Notes: generated from the sequence alone by a model not told the origin. DNA of 64,000 nt from Longimicrobiales bacterium (GCA_965198065.1 CBDAON010000004.1:1984001-2048000), one strand, 5' to 3'. Numbered from the stretch's first letter, positions 9,777-19,771 are shown. Numbers and translations are program-made.

Positions 9777-10358
9777 GTGGTTCGGGCCCATCCATGGCGC
9801 CGGTGGGGACTCAGGAAAAATAGGGCTCCCGATGGCACGTTTCAAGAGAGCCTGCGTGGCCTTTACGAACGTTACTGCGAGAGCGAGGCCGTGGGCCTGG
9901 TGTCGCTCATTCCGCGCGAAGACCTGAGGGCGTTTTATCGGAAGGCGGCCCGATGGGCGGCCGAGCGGGGCGGCCTGGACGAAGCGGATCCGCTCGCGAC
10001 CGTGCGAAGCTATGCTCGATCCGTGCTCCCCCTTCCGCCGTATCCGGTTTGGCTCGACGCCTATGTCTCGAATCGCCAGGCCTTCCTCGAGCGACTCGGT
10101 GTCGGGTCGACGCCGATTCGGGACGAGCCGGTCCTGGTCGCGGTGCGAGAGTGCGGTGAAGGATGGCACGCCGCCCTCTGCCTCGCCGGCTCTCCGGAGC
10201 GGTGGAGGGGGTTCCTCCACTTCCATCGCGATGGGACGGTTGGAAGCTATCGAACCGCGGACATCTTTCTTGGGGACGACGCCGACGAGATCCGCACTCG
10301 GTTCCTTTCCTTCGACACGAACACTCTTCGAGCTTTCCTTCGTTCGGTCGCTCCCTGA
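9777..10358 (+). CDS. Hypothetical protein
   Basis: Protein-like ORF with GC3 bias; C-terminal TADIF...FLRS; start uncertain. Confidence 0.6.
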   Translation: MVRAHPWRRWGLRKNRAPDGTFQESLRGLYERYCESEAVGLVSLIPREDLRAFYRKAARWAAERGGLDEADPLATVRSYARSVLPLPPYPVWLDAYVSNRQAFLERLGVGSTPIRDEPVLVAVRECGEGWHAALCLAGSPERWRGFLHFHRDGTVGSYRTADIFLGDDADEIRTRFLSFDTNTLRAFLRSVAP

Positions 10359-10620
10359 AGCTGTTTCCTGTCCGCGTCACGGTTGTTGTCCGCCGGTTAC
10401 AGTTTTCGACAAAAAACTCCGCGACGACCGTTGTGCTTTCCGCCCGAGTGTCCGGGCATAAGCTTTGGGACGCCTGACGTCCGTCTCACACAATTCGCAA
10501 AACTCTCCGACCCCCCACGCGTCGGAACAGGTGGAGTACGTTTTTCAGCTGCCGCGCAACTGAAGGGGGGGCAACGAGTTACAGTATGGCCGTTGTGCGA
10601 CAACAAGTTACGGAAGAGAC

Positions 10621-10649
10621 TTGCGCGTCGCTGAAATGCGACCTATCAT
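10621..10649 (+). promoter_or_regulatory. Sigma70-type promoter
   Basis: TTGCGC (10621-26), 17 nt, TATCAT (10644-49). Confidence 0.55.
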
Positions 10650-10766
10650 CGTGCCGATCTACACGGGGATCGGCGACCCGATCTGGTCGGTGTCTCGACG
10701 CTCCTCCGGTGGCGCCCTCCAGCGAAGCGGCCGACAACCTCCAACGCCTCTGGTGACGAAAAGCGT

Positions 10767-10970
10767 ATGTGGGATACCTGCTCCGTCCAGCTCAAGGTTC
10801 GTCTTCCCCGGGACATGGCAGAGCAGGTCGAGGAGGTTCAGCGCTCCGACCCGGAGTTCTTGAGCAGGGTCCTGATCTACGGCCTCACTCGGCGATCGAT
10901 CTTCAGGCATCTGAGGGAAGATGGCCCGGATCCCGAGCGGCCGAGTGAGAGCAGCCACGCGGTGCTCTGA
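10767..10970 (+). CDS. Small hypothetical protein, ribbon-helix-helix-like
   Basis: Alternating beta pattern VQLKVRLP followed by two helices. Confidence 0.6.
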   Translation: MWDTCSVQLKVRLPRDMAEQVEEVQRSDPEFLSRVLIYGLTRRSIFRHLREDGPDPERPSESSHAVL

Positions 10971-11143
10971 AGCGCTCCCCTCAACTCTCCTCTGGTCACT
11001 CCTCCGGACGAACCGGAACGTCCGTTCACCCGTAGGACCCTGACGCTCGGGCAACGGGTAAGTTAGCTAATCGGTAGCCGGGGTCCCCTTGCCGCGAAGC
11101 CGCGCTCGGGGGGGTGGGTGTGACTGCACCCGGGGAGGCGCAC

Positions 11144-11506
11144 TTGAAAGAGCAGAGGGAATCCGAGCCGCCCGGCCAGGGCGCGGGACCGACGGATCGG
11201 GTCCTCCGCGCAAAGTATCTCGACTACTGCTCGGCTCGCGTTGCGGAGATGCTCCTTCAGCTCACCGCGGACGAGATGTACGTCCTGGCTCAGGACGCGG
11301 CAAAAGAGCTGGAGGCCGAGGAGGCGGAACCGCTGTCGTACACGAAGATCGTCCAGCTAGCTACCAACCGCATCTCCAGGAAGCTGTCCCTGCCCGACTT
11401 CTCCACGTGGGTCGAAGCGTACGAGCGCGACCCCCAACGCTACGAGAAGGAGATGCTCGGGCTCTGGGAGACCGACCTGAATACATCGGATCGGTCGATC
11501 GACTGA
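11144..11506 (+). CDS. Hypothetical protein
   Basis: GGGAGG SD before TTG 11144; protein-like (LRAKYLDYCSARVAE...YEKEMLGLW). Confidence 0.7.
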   Translation: MKEQRESEPPGQGAGPTDRVLRAKYLDYCSARVAEMLLQLTADEMYVLAQDAAKELEAEEAEPLSYTKIVQLATNRISRKLSLPDFSTWVEAYERDPQRYEKEMLGLWETDLNTSDRSID

Positions 11507-11528
11507 CGAGCCGCGACGGGCCCGCGAT

Positions 11529-11975
11529 TCAGAACGGGAGGTCGTCGTCGGGCTGGGCGAGATCGGCGTCCGACGAGCCGCTGGACGAGGGCCGGGACGG
11601 GCCGCTCCACCCTCCGCGTCCCCCACCGCCCCCTTCCGCGCCGCCGCCACCGAGCAGGACCATCTCCTGGACGTTGATGTCGGTCCAATACTTCACGTTA
11701 CCACTCTCGTCCTGGGTCTGTGAGTACTCGATCCGACCTTCGACGTAGAGCCGGTCGCCCTTGGTCACATACTGCTCGACGATGTCCGCTAGCTTGGCCC
11801 AGAAAGTGAGCCTGTGCCACTCGGTCTTCTCCTGCTGCTGCCCCGACCTGTCGTTCCACGTACGGTTTGTCGCGAGAGAAACCTTTGCGACCTTCGTGCC
11901 CGAGGGGGTGGTCTTCACGTCGGGGTCGGCGCCCAGATTTCCGATCAGCATCACCTTGTTCAGAGATCGCGCCAT
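11529..11975 (-). CDS. ssb: Single-stranded DNA-binding protein
   Basis: SLNKVMLIGNLGADP, TEWHR, Gly-rich linker, C-terminal DDDLPF. Confidence 0.98.
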   Translation of the reverse strand: MARSLNKVMLIGNLGADPDVKTTPSGTKVAKVSLATNRTWNDRSGQQQEKTEWHRLTFWAKLADIVEQYVTKGDRLYVEGRIEYSQTQDESGNVKYWTDINVQEMVLLGGGGAEGGGGGRGGWSGPSRPSSSGSSDADLAQPDDDLPF

Positions 11976-12145
11976 GATTCGAGTTCGCTCCTTGGAGGGC
12001 GCCAGCCGTCGAGGGAGGTTGAAGGTAAACGGGGGGCTGGGGCGAAGCCATGGCCTCGGCCGTGTGCCCGGCGAGGCGCGGATCGTCCCTCGCCGGGACC
12101 TCCCTTGGCTCCCGACTCGCGCCCACACTAGCTTCCGGGTCTGCC

Positions 12146-12931
12146 ATGGCCAAGCCGTCCACCATCCGTGTCGAGCGCTCCGAGGGCGTCGCCACGGTCA
12201 CCGTGAATCGCCCGGAAAGGCTCAACGCTTTGAACGCCCATGCTGTGCGGAGGCTGGGCGAGGTCTTCGACGAGCTCCGCGTGGACGAAGAGGTCCGCGG
12301 CGTGATCGTGACCGGCGCGGGGGAAAAGGCGTTCGTAGCGGGCGCCGACATAGCGGAGCTAGCCGAGCTCTCACCTGTGGCCGCCCGAAGGATGAGTCGG
12401 CAAGGGCAGGAGGTGTTCGCTGGGATCGAGAGCTGCCCCAAGCCCGTCGTCGCGGCAGTCGGCGGTCACGCTCTGGGGGGCGGGTGCGAGCTCGCTCTGG
12501 CCTGCCACCTGCGTGTGGCTTCGGATGACGCGACGCTGGGGCTTCCCGAGGTGCGGCTCGGCCTCATCCCGGGGTACGGCGGAACCGTGCGTCTCGCGCG
12601 CCTGATTGGGCTCGGGCGCGCGCTGGAAATGATCCTCACGGGGGAGGTTGTGGGCGCGGAGCGCGCGCTCGAGATCGGCCTGGTGAACGCGGTCGCTCCG
12701 AGGGAGGGTCTTCTCGCGAAGGCCCGCGAGCGCCTCGACGCCATCCTCCGGAACGGACCCCTCGCCGTGAGGATGGCGCTCGAGGCAACGTACGGTGCCC
12801 AGGGGCTTCAGACGGACGAGGCGCTCCGCCTCGAGTCGTTCGTCTTCGGTCTCCTGGCTTCGACGGAGGACATGAAGGAGGGGACGCGAGCCTTCCTGGA
12901 GCGGAGGAAGGCGGAGTTCGAGGGCCGTTAA
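12146..12931 (+). CDS. Enoyl-CoA hydratase (crotonase)
   Basis: NRPERLNALN, AFVAGADI, GGGCELALAC, PEVRLGLIPGYGG. Confidence 0.95.
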   Translation: MAKPSTIRVERSEGVATVTVNRPERLNALNAHAVRRLGEVFDELRVDEEVRGVIVTGAGEKAFVAGADIAELAELSPVAARRMSRQGQEVFAGIESCPKPVVAAVGGHALGGGCELALACHLRVASDDATLGLPEVRLGLIPGYGGTVRLARLIGLGRALEMILTGEVVGAERALEIGLVNAVAPREGLLAKARERLDAILRNGPLAVRMALEATYGAQGLQTDEALRLESFVFGLLASTEDMKEGTRAFLERRKAEFEGR

Positions 12932-12976
12932 CCGGGCGCCTTCGCGCCGCCCAGCCCTGCCTTCGTCCCGATCCGG

Positions 12977-14176
12977 ATGCGCCTTCTCCGACTCTCGATC
13001 AAAGGGTTTCGAAACCTCGCGGATCAGGTCCTCGACGTCCCCGAGGAGGGCGTCGCCATCGTGGGATCGAACGCGCAGGGAAAGACCAACCTGCTCGAGG
13101 CCGTGCATTACCTGGAGACGTTCCGGTCCCCCCGTGGCAGACGGGATGAGCAGCTCGTGCGGATCGGGGAGACGCTCTTCCGCGTCGAGGCGGAGATCGG
13201 GCGTCGCGACGTCATGCGCGGCCGGGCGGCCGAGCCCATCCGGGTCGTGTCCGCGGCCTACGACGGCCCTACTCGACAGAAGCGCGTGTCCGTCGACGGC
13301 CAAGTGCCCGGGCGGCTCGGGGACGCCATCGCGAACATCGGCTCGGTCCTCTTCACGCCGGAGGACGTGCGCGTCGTGAGTGAGGGACCATCGGAGCGGA
13401 GGCGCTACCTCGACATCCTCCTGTCCCTGAACCTCCCCGGGTACCTTGAAGCACTTCGACGCTTTCGGCAGGCCCTCCAGCGCCGGAACGCAGCCCTTCG
13501 TCGGGGCGAGGGGGTGGCCTCGGTGGCCGCCTGGGACGACGTCCTCGTCCGCTCGGGCGCGCAGGTCAGCGTGAGCCGAGCACTCTGGATCGCGCGCCAT
13601 GCAGCGAGGTTTTCGGAGTACTATGGGGAGGTCTCGGGAGAGCGGGTCGCTCGGATGGTCTACGAACCCGGCATTCGCGTGACCGCGGAGCACACAGCGG
13701 ATTCGGTCGATGACTACTCGGAGGGGGGCGATGCGGTCGGCGGTGACCCGCGTGTGATCGACACCGTCGCGGAGGCTTATGGCGCCGCCCTCGAAGACTT
13801 GCGAGAGAGCGAGCGCCGGCTCCGCGCGACCCTTGTGGGGCCGCACCGAGACGAGCTGCGATTCTATATCGAGGCGCCCGAGGGAGAGCGGGATGCGCGC
13901 GAGATGGGCTCGGGCGGGGAACAGCGGACGATCGCCCTCGCCCTACGTCTCCTCGAGGCCGACACGGTGCGCGAAGGGCGCCGGCGGGAGCCCATTCTCC
14001 TCCTGGACGACCTCTTTGCCGAGCTTGATGCGGAGCGCTCTCGGCGGGTGCTCGACCTCCTGGACCGACGTGTGCCCGGCCAGGTCGTCCTCACGGCGCC
14101 GAAGGAGAGTGACGTTCGATTCCGGACCGAAGCGCTCTCGCGGTGGTGGATTGAGAAGGGGGTCGTGAGGAAGTGA
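12977..14176 (+). CDS. recF: DNA replication/repair protein RecF
   Basis: Walker A GSNAQGKTN, GPSERRRYLD, GPHRDEL, SGGEQR, LLLDD. Confidence 0.97.
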   Translation: MRLLRLSIKGFRNLADQVLDVPEEGVAIVGSNAQGKTNLLEAVHYLETFRSPRGRRDEQLVRIGETLFRVEAEIGRRDVMRGRAAEPIRVVSAAYDGPTRQKRVSVDGQVPGRLGDAIANIGSVLFTPEDVRVVSEGPSERRRYLDILLSLNLPGYLEALRRFRQALQRRNAALRRGEGVASVAAWDDVLVRSGAQVSVSRALWIARHAARFSEYYGEVSGERVARMVYEPGIRVTAEHTADSVDDYSEGGDAVGGDPRVIDTVAEAYGAALEDLRESERRLRATLVGPHRDELRFYIEAPEGERDAREMGSGGEQRTIALALRLLEADTVREGRRREPILLLDDLFAELDAERSRRVLDLLDRRVPGQVVLTAPKESDVRFRTEALSRWWIEKGVVRK

Positions 14177-14595
14177 AACCCGGGAGGTCGGGCTCGTCCG
14201 GGGGGGATCGAGGCCCGATCCGCGGCCCGGCTCCCGAGCATGCGTCCGCAGAGCGCGCGCCTTCTGAGCCCCGTGCTGGAGATCCGGCTCGCGTCGGCGA
14301 CGTGCTCGACGGTGTCCTCCGATCCCTGGGGCTGGCCAAGGCCCTCGCCCGTCAGGGCGCCATCGTGCGCTGGCCGGAGGTGGTCGGGGAACGCATTGCC
14401 GGGGTGACCCGGGCCGTCGGGGTGTCGACGGACGTCCTCTTCGTCCAGGTGACCTCGAGCGCGTGGCTCAGCGAGCTGAGCCTGATTAAGCATGACATCC
14501 TCCGGCGCCTGAACGCGGGCCAGAAGGAGGGGCGGATCGAACGGATCGTCTTCACGCTCTCCGAGGGGTCGAGCCCGGGCTCCCGAGAGCCCTGA
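14173..14595 (+). CDS. dciA: DUF721/DciA family protein
   Basis: WPEVVGERIA...LFVQVTSSAWLSEL; canonical position between recF and gyrB. Confidence 0.85.
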   Translation: MKPGRSGSSGGDRGPIRGPAPEHASAERAPSEPRAGDPARVGDVLDGVLRSLGLAKALARQGAIVRWPEVVGERIAGVTRAVGVSTDVLFVQVTSSAWLSELSLIKHDILRRLNAGQKEGRIERIVFTLSEGSSPGSREP

Positions 14596-14745
14596 TCGGC
14601 CCGCTGGAGGCGACACCTCCTTCGTCTCCTTCGGCAATGGAAAAACCCCGCCGAATCCGGTAAATTTCAAACTCCTACGAGCGGTCGCCCGCGGCTCTGT
14701 GCGGAGCCCCTCGTACCCCCTCCAGAGTCCACCACTACAGGGGTC

Positions 14746-16689
14746 ATGGCCGACAAGCGTCCGCAGAAGAAAGCCTCCGAGTACACGTCAGGCAAAATCC
14801 AGGTTCTGAAAGGCCTCGAGGCCGTTCGAAAGCGCCCCGGGATGTACGTCGGCTCGACCTCGAGCCGGGGGCTCCATCATCTCGTATACGAGGTCGTGGA
14901 CAACTCGATCGACGAGGCGATGGCCGGCTTCTGCACGAAGGTCGAGGTCACGATCCACTCGGACAACTCCGTGACGGGGGTGGACAACGGGCGCGGAATC
15001 CCTGTGGACAAGCACCCCACGGAGAAGGTCTCGGGCGTCGAGGTCGCCATGACCACGCTCCATGCCGGGGGGAAGTTCGACAAGGACAGTTACAAGGTGT
15101 CCGGCGGGCTTCACGGTGTTGGCGTGAGCGTGGTGAACGCCCTCTCGGAGACGCTCGAGGTCGAGGTATGGAGGGACGGAGGGCGTTGGCGCCAATCCTT
15201 CGCGCGCGGAATCAAGCAGAAGGAGCTGGAGAGGATCGGGAAGTCCAACGGAAGCGGGACCCGCGTGACGTTCAAGCCAGACCCGCAGATCTTCACGGAG
15301 ATCGAGTACAACGTGGAGACGCTCTCGAGCCGCCTGCGCGAGCTCGCGTTCCTGAACAAGGGGCTCGAGATCGTCATCCGGGACGAGCGCGCTGCGCTCA
15401 TCAGCGAGGAGACCTACCGCTACGAGGGTGGGCTGGTGGAATACGTCGAGTACCTCCGCGCGACGCGAGCTCCCCTCCACGAGAAGCCCTTCTACTTCGA
15501 GGCCCAGCGCCCGGAGGCCGAGATCGAGCTCGCGCTCCAGTACGATGTGGGGTTCACCGAAAACACCCACACCTTCGTCAACAACATCAACACGCACGAG
15601 GGTGGGACCCACTTGACGGGCCTGAAGGCCGCGCTCACGCGAACGATCAACGAATACGCGAAGAAGAACGGGCTCCTGAAGAAGGCCGACGAGACGCTCT
15701 CGGGAGACGACGTGCGGGAGGGGCTCACGTGCGTTCTATCCGTCCGGGTCATGGAGCCCCAGTTCGAGGGGCAGACCAAGACCAAGCTCGGAAACTCCGA
15801 GGTGCGGGGGGCGGTCGAGACCGCCGTGAATGAGCACCTCGCCACCTGGCTAGACGAGAGTCCCAAGGCGGCTCGCACAATCGTGGAGAAGTCGCTCTCG
15901 GCGGCCCGAGCGCGCGAAGCCGCACGTAAGGCCCGCGACCTCGCCCGTAAGAAGAACGCGCTCGAGGGCGGGATCCTCCCCGGAAAGCTCGCCGACTGCT
16001 CGCTGAGCGATCCCTCGATGACGGAGATCTTCATCGTGGAGGGCGACAGCGCGGGGGGGAGCGCGAAGCAGGGCCGCGACCGGTCCTTCCAGGCCATCTT
16101 GCCAATCAAGGGGAAGATCCTGAACGTCGAGCGGGCCAGGATCGACCGAATACTGTCGAACGAAGAGATCCGCGCCATGATCACTGCTATCGGCGCCGGG
16201 ATCAGGGATGACTTCGATCTCGATAAGGCGCGATACCACAAGATCATCCTTCTGTCGGACGCGGACGTAGATGGAGCTCACATCCGTACGTTATTGCTTA
16301 CGTTCTTCTTCCGTCAGATGCGGGAGCTCATTGAAGCCGGATACATTTACATCGCTCAGCCGCCGCTTTACCGCGTGGCCAAGGGAAAGCAAGAACACTA
16401 CGTCTATTCCGAGGAGCAGCGGGACGAGGTTGTGAACCGGCTGACGAACGGGAAGAGCGAGGACGCGAAGGGCATCTCGATCCAGCGGTACAAGGGGCTC
16501 GGCGAGATGAACCCCGATCAGCTCTGGGGGACCACCATGGATCCCGCCGCCCGCACCCTGTTCCAGGTCACGATGGAGAGCGCCGCGGCCGCTGATTCAA
16601 TCTTCTCCCGCCTCATGGGAGACGACGTCGAGCCGCGGCGGGAGTTCATCGAGAAGAACGCTCGGTACGTGAAGAACTTGGACGTCTGA
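14746..16689 (+). CDS. gyrB: DNA gyrase subunit B
   Basis: AVRKRPGMY, LHAGGKF, EGDSAGGS, DADVDGAHI, RYKGLGEMNP, C-terminal NLDV. Confidence 0.98.
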   Translation: MADKRPQKKASEYTSGKIQVLKGLEAVRKRPGMYVGSTSSRGLHHLVYEVVDNSIDEAMAGFCTKVEVTIHSDNSVTGVDNGRGIPVDKHPTEKVSGVEVAMTTLHAGGKFDKDSYKVSGGLHGVGVSVVNALSETLEVEVWRDGGRWRQSFARGIKQKELERIGKSNGSGTRVTFKPDPQIFTEIEYNVETLSSRLRELAFLNKGLEIVIRDERAALISEETYRYEGGLVEYVEYLRATRAPLHEKPFYFEAQRPEAEIELALQYDVGFTENTHTFVNNINTHEGGTHLTGLKAALTRTINEYAKKNGLLKKADETLSGDDVREGLTCVLSVRVMEPQFEGQTKTKLGNSEVRGAVETAVNEHLATWLDESPKAARTIVEKSLSAARAREAARKARDLARKKNALEGGILPGKLADCSLSDPSMTEIFIVEGDSAGGSAKQGRDRSFQAILPIKGKILNVERARIDRILSNEEIRAMITAIGAGIRDDFDLDKARYHKIILLSDADVDGAHIRTLLLTFFFRQMRELIEAGYIYIAQPPLYRVAKGKQEHYVYSEEQRDEVVNRLTNGKSEDAKGISIQRYKGLGEMNPDQLWGTTMDPAARTLFQVTMESAAAADSIFSRLMGDDVEPRREFIEKNARYVKNLDV

Positions 16690-16692
16690 GGA

Positions 16693-17020
16693 GTGCGGGG
16701 TGGGCCGCTTCCTGGAGTGGGCCCGCTCTCGACCCCGGATCCAGCGGCCGTCCCGGCGAGTTGTATCGAGAACGGGGCAGGGGCGATCGTCCTGGACGGA
16801 GCCGGGCTCCCCCCAGAGACGTTCGACCTGAGCACCCGACTCCTTGGAGGGCTGCTCCGTCGGCTCTCCACCTACGGCGTCTGCCTGGCCCTCATGGTGC
16901 AGGGTCCGTCCAAAGCACTCTCGAGGGTTCCAGGACTTCGCCCAAGAGGCCAATCGCGGGCAGCACGTGGGTGTCTTTGCCACCCTCGGCGAGGCGGTGG
17001 CCTGGCTTGAGAAGGACTGA
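16693..17020 (+). pseudogene. DUF4180-like protein, frameshifted
   Basis: LPPETFDLST...LSTY; removing one A from AAA at 16912-14 restores KHSRGFQDFAQEANRGQHVGVFATLGEAVAWLEKD* ending at 17020. Confidence 0.7.
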
Positions 17021-17075
17021 CAGATGGAGGGAGCTCGGACGAGTGGAGCTCCGGGTTTCGACGCTTGCGTCGCCC

Positions 17076-17105
17076 TTGACGCATCAACTCATATTGATGT
17101 ATCGT
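17076..17105 (+). promoter_or_regulatory. arsR promoter with ArsR operator
   Basis: TTGACG (17076-81) and TATCGT (17100-05) enclose the palindrome CATCAA-N6-TTGATG (17082-99). Confidence 0.8.
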
Positions 17106-17112
17106 TTCTCAA

Positions 17113-17406
17113 ATGTCTACCGTCGCCCTTCCGAGTCCCGCCCTGCTGCGGCGCTTTCAGGCGGTGGCCGAGGACACGCGCCTCGAGATCGTGCGGCTGC
17201 TCGCGGACGGGGAGCGCTGCGTGTGCGAGCTCCAGGCCGAGCTGGACGCCGGGCAGTCGCGCCTCTCCTTCCACCTGAGGAAGCTGAAAGAAGCGGGCGT
17301 TGTGAGCGACCGGAGGGACGGCCGGTGGGTCTACTACTCGCTCGTGCCCGAGACGCTCGAGGAGATGCGGGCGTTTCTGGGCGAGGTCAAGTCCTGTTGC
17401 CGATAA
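17113..17406 (+). CDS. arsR: ArsR/SmtB transcriptional repressor
   Basis: GERCVCEL, QSRLSFHLRKLKEAG, GRWVYYSL, C-terminal CC; adjacent to arsM. Confidence 0.95.
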   Translation: MSTVALPSPALLRRFQAVAEDTRLEIVRLLADGERCVCELQAELDAGQSRLSFHLRKLKEAGVVSDRRDGRWVYYSLVPETLEEMRAFLGEVKSCCR

Positions 17407-17442
17407 GGCAGGACCGGCGATGCCCGGCCGCGCCTTTTTTTT
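17405..17442 (+). terminator. Intrinsic-terminator-like element between arsR and arsM
   Basis: Imperfect GC hairpin (AAGGC..CCGG/CCGG..GCCTT) followed by T8 at 17435-42. Confidence 0.5.
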
Positions 17443-17451
17443 CTGCCGATC

Positions 17452-17469
17452 CATCAACATGCGTTGATA
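17452..17469 (+). promoter_or_regulatory. Second ArsR operator
   Basis: CATCAA-CATGCG-TTGATA; same arms and spacing as the 17082-99 site, just before the arsM SD. Confidence 0.7.
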
Positions 17470-17480
17470 CGGGAGGCTGG

Positions 17481-18386
17481 ATGAGCTACGAGATGAAGGA
17501 AGTCGTACGAGAGAAGTACGGCGAGGCGGCGCTTCGGGTCACGAGGGGAGAGAGGGGCTCCTGTTGCCGTCCTTCCTGCTGCGGCGGGGATGCCACGGAT
17601 CCCATCACCAGGGATCTCTACGATAGGGCGACCACGTCGGAGCTTCCCGAGGAGGCGGTGCTCGCCTCCCTGGGCTGCGGGAACCCCAGCGGGCTCTCCG
17701 ACCTCCGGCCGGGTGAGGTCGTGCTCGATTTGGGGAGCGGGGGAGGAATCGACGTGCTCCTCTCCGCGAAGCGGGTCGGCCCCACCGGGAAGGCCTACGG
17801 CCTCGACATGACAGAGGAAATGCTCGCACTGGCCCGGAAGAACGCGGCGGACGCCGGCGCCACGAACGTCGAGTTCCTGAAGGGGGACATCGAGAACATC
17901 CCGCTTCCCGACGAGTGCGTGGACGTGATCATAAGCAACTGCGTGATCAACCTGGCCACGGACAAGCGCCAGGTCCTCCAGGATGCCTTCCGGGTCCTGA
18001 AGCCCCGGGGCCGGCTGGCGGTGTCGGACGTGGTGGTCCGCGGGGAGATCCCGGCCGAGATGCGCCGGAGCCTGGAGCTCTGGGTCGGGTGCGTGGCGGG
18101 GGCGCTCGAGGAGGAGGAGTTCGAGACACTCCTCCGGGAGGTTGGGTTCGAGGAACCGAGCCTCGAGCCCACGAGGGTATACGACCCCGAGGACGCCCGG
18201 GTCTTCCTCGAGGATGCGGGGCTCAACGTGGACGCTCTCCTCGGGAGCGTGGAGGGGCGCCTCATGTCCGCGTTCGTGCGCGGGCGCAAACCGGATGAGG
18301 GGAGGTCGACCGTCGAATCGGGACCGGAGGCCGCCGGCGCGAACCCTCCGGGGAAGCTGTGCTGCGGGCCGGCGTGCTGTGGCTGA
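17481..18386 (+). CDS. arsM: Arsenite S-adenosylmethionine methyltransferase
   Basis: [42 protein letters not shown] before ATG 17481. Confidence 0.95.
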   Translation: MSYEMKEVVREKYGEAALRVTRGERGSCCRPSCCGGDATDPITRDLYDRATTSELPEEAVLASLGCGNPSGLSDLRPGEVVLDLGSGGGIDVLLSAKRVGPTGKAYGLDMTEEMLALARKNAADAGATNVEFLKGDIENIPLPDECVDVIISNCVINLATDKRQVLQDAFRVLKPRGRLAVSDVVVRGEIPAEMRRSLELWVGCVAGALEEEEFETLLREVGFEEPSLEPTRVYDPEDARVFLEDAGLNVDALLGSVEGRLMSAFVRGRKPDEGRSTVESGPEAAGANPPGKLCCGPACCG

Positions 18387-18419
18387 CGCGATCGGCCGAC
18401 CGGCCGACGCGAGCGCCGA

Positions 18420-19767
18420 TCAGACGTATCGGAAGATTGGCGGGAACGCGATGACCACGATGACGGCCCAGAGGGCGAGGATCGGAAGGTAGGCCATCTG
18501 CCAGCGCTCAAGCGCGCCGAACGACTCCCGGCCTCGCAAGAACCCCACGTAGAGCTTGGCCGACCAGGCCAGGTTCACGAGCAGGATGAGGTTCTCTCCT
18601 AGGGCCGCCGTTCGGTTCGGACTGAACCCGAACTCCGAGATGCGCGTCCGCGATGAGGGCGCTGACGACCAGCAGGACCGTCACGCCGTCGAATACGTCG
18701 GGCGGCGCGTCGGGGTCGCGGGCGGAGACCGAGTAGAGCAGTAGCCCGAGAACGACGACCAGTAAGAGGTCGAACGCGATCAGCACGTCGCGCTCGATGT
18801 CGATTCCCCGGCCCGTCCACGCCATCGTCCCCAGGAAGGCCAGGAGGGTCAAGGCGAAGAGGGGTGTGAAGACTCGGGTCAGCACCGGCGCCATATTCTC
18901 GATGACGCTCTGCTTCGCCTCCACGAGCCAGGACCCGATGAGAATGGCCCCCATCGCCCCGCACGGCAGGATCCACGATACGAGCAGCCACTCCACGTCC
19001 ACGCCGATCGCCTGGAACATGCCGCCCATGAACGCCGCGAGCACGCCGCCGCCCAGCGCGATCAACACGTAATAGATGAAGAGCTCGCCCGAAAACCGCA
19101 CGAAGTCCATTCGCCGTCCGGCTTCGTTCCAGCGGCCTCCGGCGTACGCCACGCCGACGGGGAGCCAGAGCGCGATCGGTAGGTGGAGGATGGTGAGCAC
19201 CTCTGTGGAGCCGAGTGGCTCGAACGGGTAAGTGTTCGCGAACACGGCAGCGAGCGCGAACGCTCCGGCGAGCCGTAGGCGTATCCGGGGGGAGAGCCCG
19301 CGCTTCCAGGCGAAGTAGCCGGCGAGGAGCGGCAGGACGAAGAGGCTCATGTTCCGAGCGTAGAAGGACTCCCCGCCGCCCATGAGCTCGAGGCCGAAGA
19401 GCTCCGGGACCTTGATAGCGACGCCGGCTGCCACGGCGAGGGCAAAGGCGACGATCGTGTCCTCACGGCCCCGACGCCCGTCCTCGGTAGGGCTCGACGT
19501 CAGGACCAGCTGCTTCCAGAGCCGCTCGGAGTGTTCGCGCGCAAACTCGTGAGAGAGCGCGTCGAGCGTGCCCATACGCTTGACCGCAACGAGGAAGGCT
19601 TCGTCCGAGGTTAGACCGCCGCGGACGAGCGCCGCGACCTGATCGCGCAAGTGGTCCTCGAGCTCCTCCACGTCCACCGGCCGGATGGACTGGCGACGGC
19701 GGACGTAACTTCGCCACTCGTCGATGCGCGCTTCCAGAGCGTCCGGGGGATCCGATGCGTTAGGCAC
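18420..19767 (-). pseudogene. Permease-prefix-domain membrane protein (PadR-associated), frameshifted near the 3' end
   Basis: N-terminal EELEDHL...EAFLVAVKRMG, then multiple TM helices. After ...SALIADA (~18645) the coding sense continues in another frame: RISEFGFSPNRTAALGENLILLVNLAW...FPPIFRYV* (stop 18420-22). Confidence 0.8.
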
Positions 19768-19771
19768 GTCG

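Noticed and set aside
10359..10766. Possible oriC or dif site given proximity to recF/gyrB
   Set aside because: No TTATCCACA-like cluster, no AT-rich unwinding element and no XerC/XerD consensus seen.
16761..17480. Apparent 240-aa N-terminal extension of ArsM in the ORF track
   Set aside because: It overlaps DUF4180 and arsR in other frames; the real start is ATG 17481 with a GGGAGG SD.
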